From contig RDOB01000008.1 in NCBI GenBank assembly GCA_011364965.1, positions 1-24,000 of the forward strand: DNA of 24,000 nt. Direction: 5' to 3'. The notes beneath the pieces were generated by a model that made no database searches, was not told the origin of the DNA, and saw only the letters and a list, made by a program, of their open reading frames with translations. The stretch comes from Candidatus Heimdallarchaeota archaeon. Lineage in GTDB: Archaea; Asgardarchaeota; Heimdallarchaeia; Hodarchaeales; Hodarchaeaceae. The position numbers were made by a program, and so were the translations under genes. Shown here in pieces: positions 22,799 through 24,000 of this stretch (position 1 is the first letter of the stretch; each line of letters begins with the position of its first letter).

Positions 22799-23432
22799 AT
22801 TGATACGGTATTTCTTTGCAATGATTTGGGAATACTCTTTTAAATTGGAATGAATATTTGCGAAGAGCCCTCTTGCACTTTCTTAATTCAGAGAGATATC
22901 GGATCCTTCCTGTCTGATAATTCTCCTCAATTGTACTAGTAGGTATGATCTGTAACCCCATTCGTACTCTCATCCGTAATTGAATCTCTAGCTTCTCCGT
23001 AAAGTCTTCATAGGGAATTACTTCTCTATTTTGCACTCTCACAGGTGGTAATTTTTTTATTTCTGCAAAAGCTAAGATCTCTGATTCCAATGTAGGTTTC
23101 TTTTCACAAAGAATGTACCTTAAAACAGCCCCGAAATATTCCATCCCTGTCTGTAAAGCAAGTGAATCAAAAGACTGGAATACTGGGATCGAAAATACGA
23201 TTATTAAAAAGGTTTGATCATCTTCAGTAAAGATTTTAAAATAAAATGGACTTATTTTCTTATTTTCCCGTTGAATTAAGCCATTTACACCAAAGAATCT
23301 GACTTGGTCAATGACATCCAATAAATCATCACACTGGAGATTCACACGCTCAAATTCAGAGGCCATCCATTCTTCAATGGTTAAGCGAAGTGAAAATAAT
23401 TGGCCAGGGGAGATTTTATCAGATGAACTCAT
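22761..23432 (-). CDS. hypothetical protein, probable 5' part of a frameshifted gene
   Basis: The ORF has normal composition up to ...IRYLSELRK. The last ~35 codons (CKRALRKYSFQFKRVFPNHCKEIPYQCGRLSISNHRRE) are compositionally aberrant, while the neighbouring frame stays open and protein-like. Confidence 0.5.
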   Translation of the reverse strand: MSSSDKISPGQLFSLRLTIEEWMASEFERVNLQCDDLLDVIDQVRFFGVNGLIQRENKKISPFYFKIFTEDDQTFLIIVFSIPVFQSFDSLALQTGMEYFGAVLRYILCEKKPTLESEILAFAEIKKLPPVRVQNREVIPYEDFTEKLEIQLRMRVRMGLQIIPTSTIEENYQTGRIRYLSELRKCKRALRKYSFQFKRVFPNHCKEIPYQCGRLSISNHRRE

Positions 23433-23494
23433 TTGAGTTGCTTTTCAAAAAGGGGAATAAAAAAATTTAGCTAATATTTCTGCACCTCACTTTT

Positions 23495-23986
23495 CTAATA
23501 CCTCATCCCCGCTTTACGATATGCAACCCAGAAGAGGAAAAGAAATATGCTAAATGCAACTAAGATAGCAGTAGATCGACTTATCTGTTCTAAGGGTCCC
23601 GAGAAGAAGTTAATCGCTTGAAAGATGACTAGAGTAATCCAACCAGATAGACTAGTCGAATCTTTTGAAATTAATCCTTTCCAATACCTCAGAATCAACA
23701 TAAGAATACCTAATATTACTGCAAAGATATGTATCCAGTAAAGAAATATACCAAAAGTAACTTCATAGATAAGATATATTGTTTCCAAAATCAAGAAAGC
23801 GGTAAGGGATGAAATTGTTATCAAGAAAGTTGGTATCTCTACTGATCGGTCAACTTGTTGAGCACCTTCATATATTAAATAAATTACTCCTCCAAAGGTC
23901 GCACAATCCGCCAATATCAATGCAGAGGTATATAATACATCTATTTGATAGTTCCATAAAGTGATTAATTTGAAAAAGAAATCCAA
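23495..23986 (-). CDS. hypothetical polytopic membrane protein (4-5 predicted TM helices)
   Basis: There are successive hydrophobic stretches: LYTSALILADCATFGGVIYLIY, IPTFLITISSLTAFLILETIYLIY, IFLYWIHIFAVILGILMLIL, WITLVIFQAINFF, AILVAFSIFLFLFWVAY. No catalytic motif was seen. Confidence 0.6.
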   Translation of the reverse strand: MDFFFKLITLWNYQIDVLYTSALILADCATFGGVIYLIYEGAQQVDRSVEIPTFLITISSLTAFLILETIYLIYEVTFGIFLYWIHIFAVILGILMLILRYWKGLISKDSTSLSGWITLVIFQAINFFSGPLEQISRSTAILVAFSIFLFLFWVAYRKAGMRY

Positions 23987-24000
23987 TACTCCAGATTGAG

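Noticed and set aside
1-24000. CRISPR arrays, rRNA genes, toxin-antitoxin or known defence-system gene signatures
   Set aside because: No regularly spaced direct repeats, no cas-like or nuclease/ATPase defence motifs and no rRNA-like GC-rich segments were found on either strand. The only GC-rich islands are the three tRNAs.

Overview
AT-rich archaeal chromosomal segment. It is densely packed and consists mostly of core housekeeping genes. Ribosome-binding sites are Shine-Dalgarno type (GGAGG/GGTGA), and all three tRNAs lack an encoded CCA. Recognisable genes: glycine-cleavage P protein subunits and H protein, FEN1, Pcm, Trm5, TrmI, archaeal CTP-type riboflavin kinase, RibL-like FAD synthase, diphthine synthase, a PUA protein, aCPSF1, glycerol-1-phosphate dehydrogenase, a translin-like protein and the A-type ATPase subunits H, F and E. 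A Rab/Ras-like small GTPase, a JAMM/MPN+ protein and possible longin/roadblock-like proteins are compatible with an Asgard-type archaeon. That placement is inference only. No CRISPR array, rRNA, transposon or recognisable defence system was seen. Points worth a second look: (1) two conserved genes, atpF and trm5, whose conserved N-termini lie upstream of any ATG/GTG/TTG and sit behind good SD motifs, implying AUU/AUA initiation; (2) a tRNA-Lys with a non-canonical intron of about 31 nt in the D-arm; (3) a tight four-gene plus-strand cluster at 18005-20840 with two uncharacterised proteins, TrmI and a JAMM protein carrying an unknown C-terminal domain; (4) winged-helix fusions on both flavin-cofactor enzymes; (5) an apparent +1 frameshift splitting an uncharacterised gene at about 22880; (6) dispersed A-ATPase stalk genes; (7) a perfect 20-bp palindrome and other repeats in intergenic DNA. 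All functional calls rest on motif recognition by eye, since no database search was possible.
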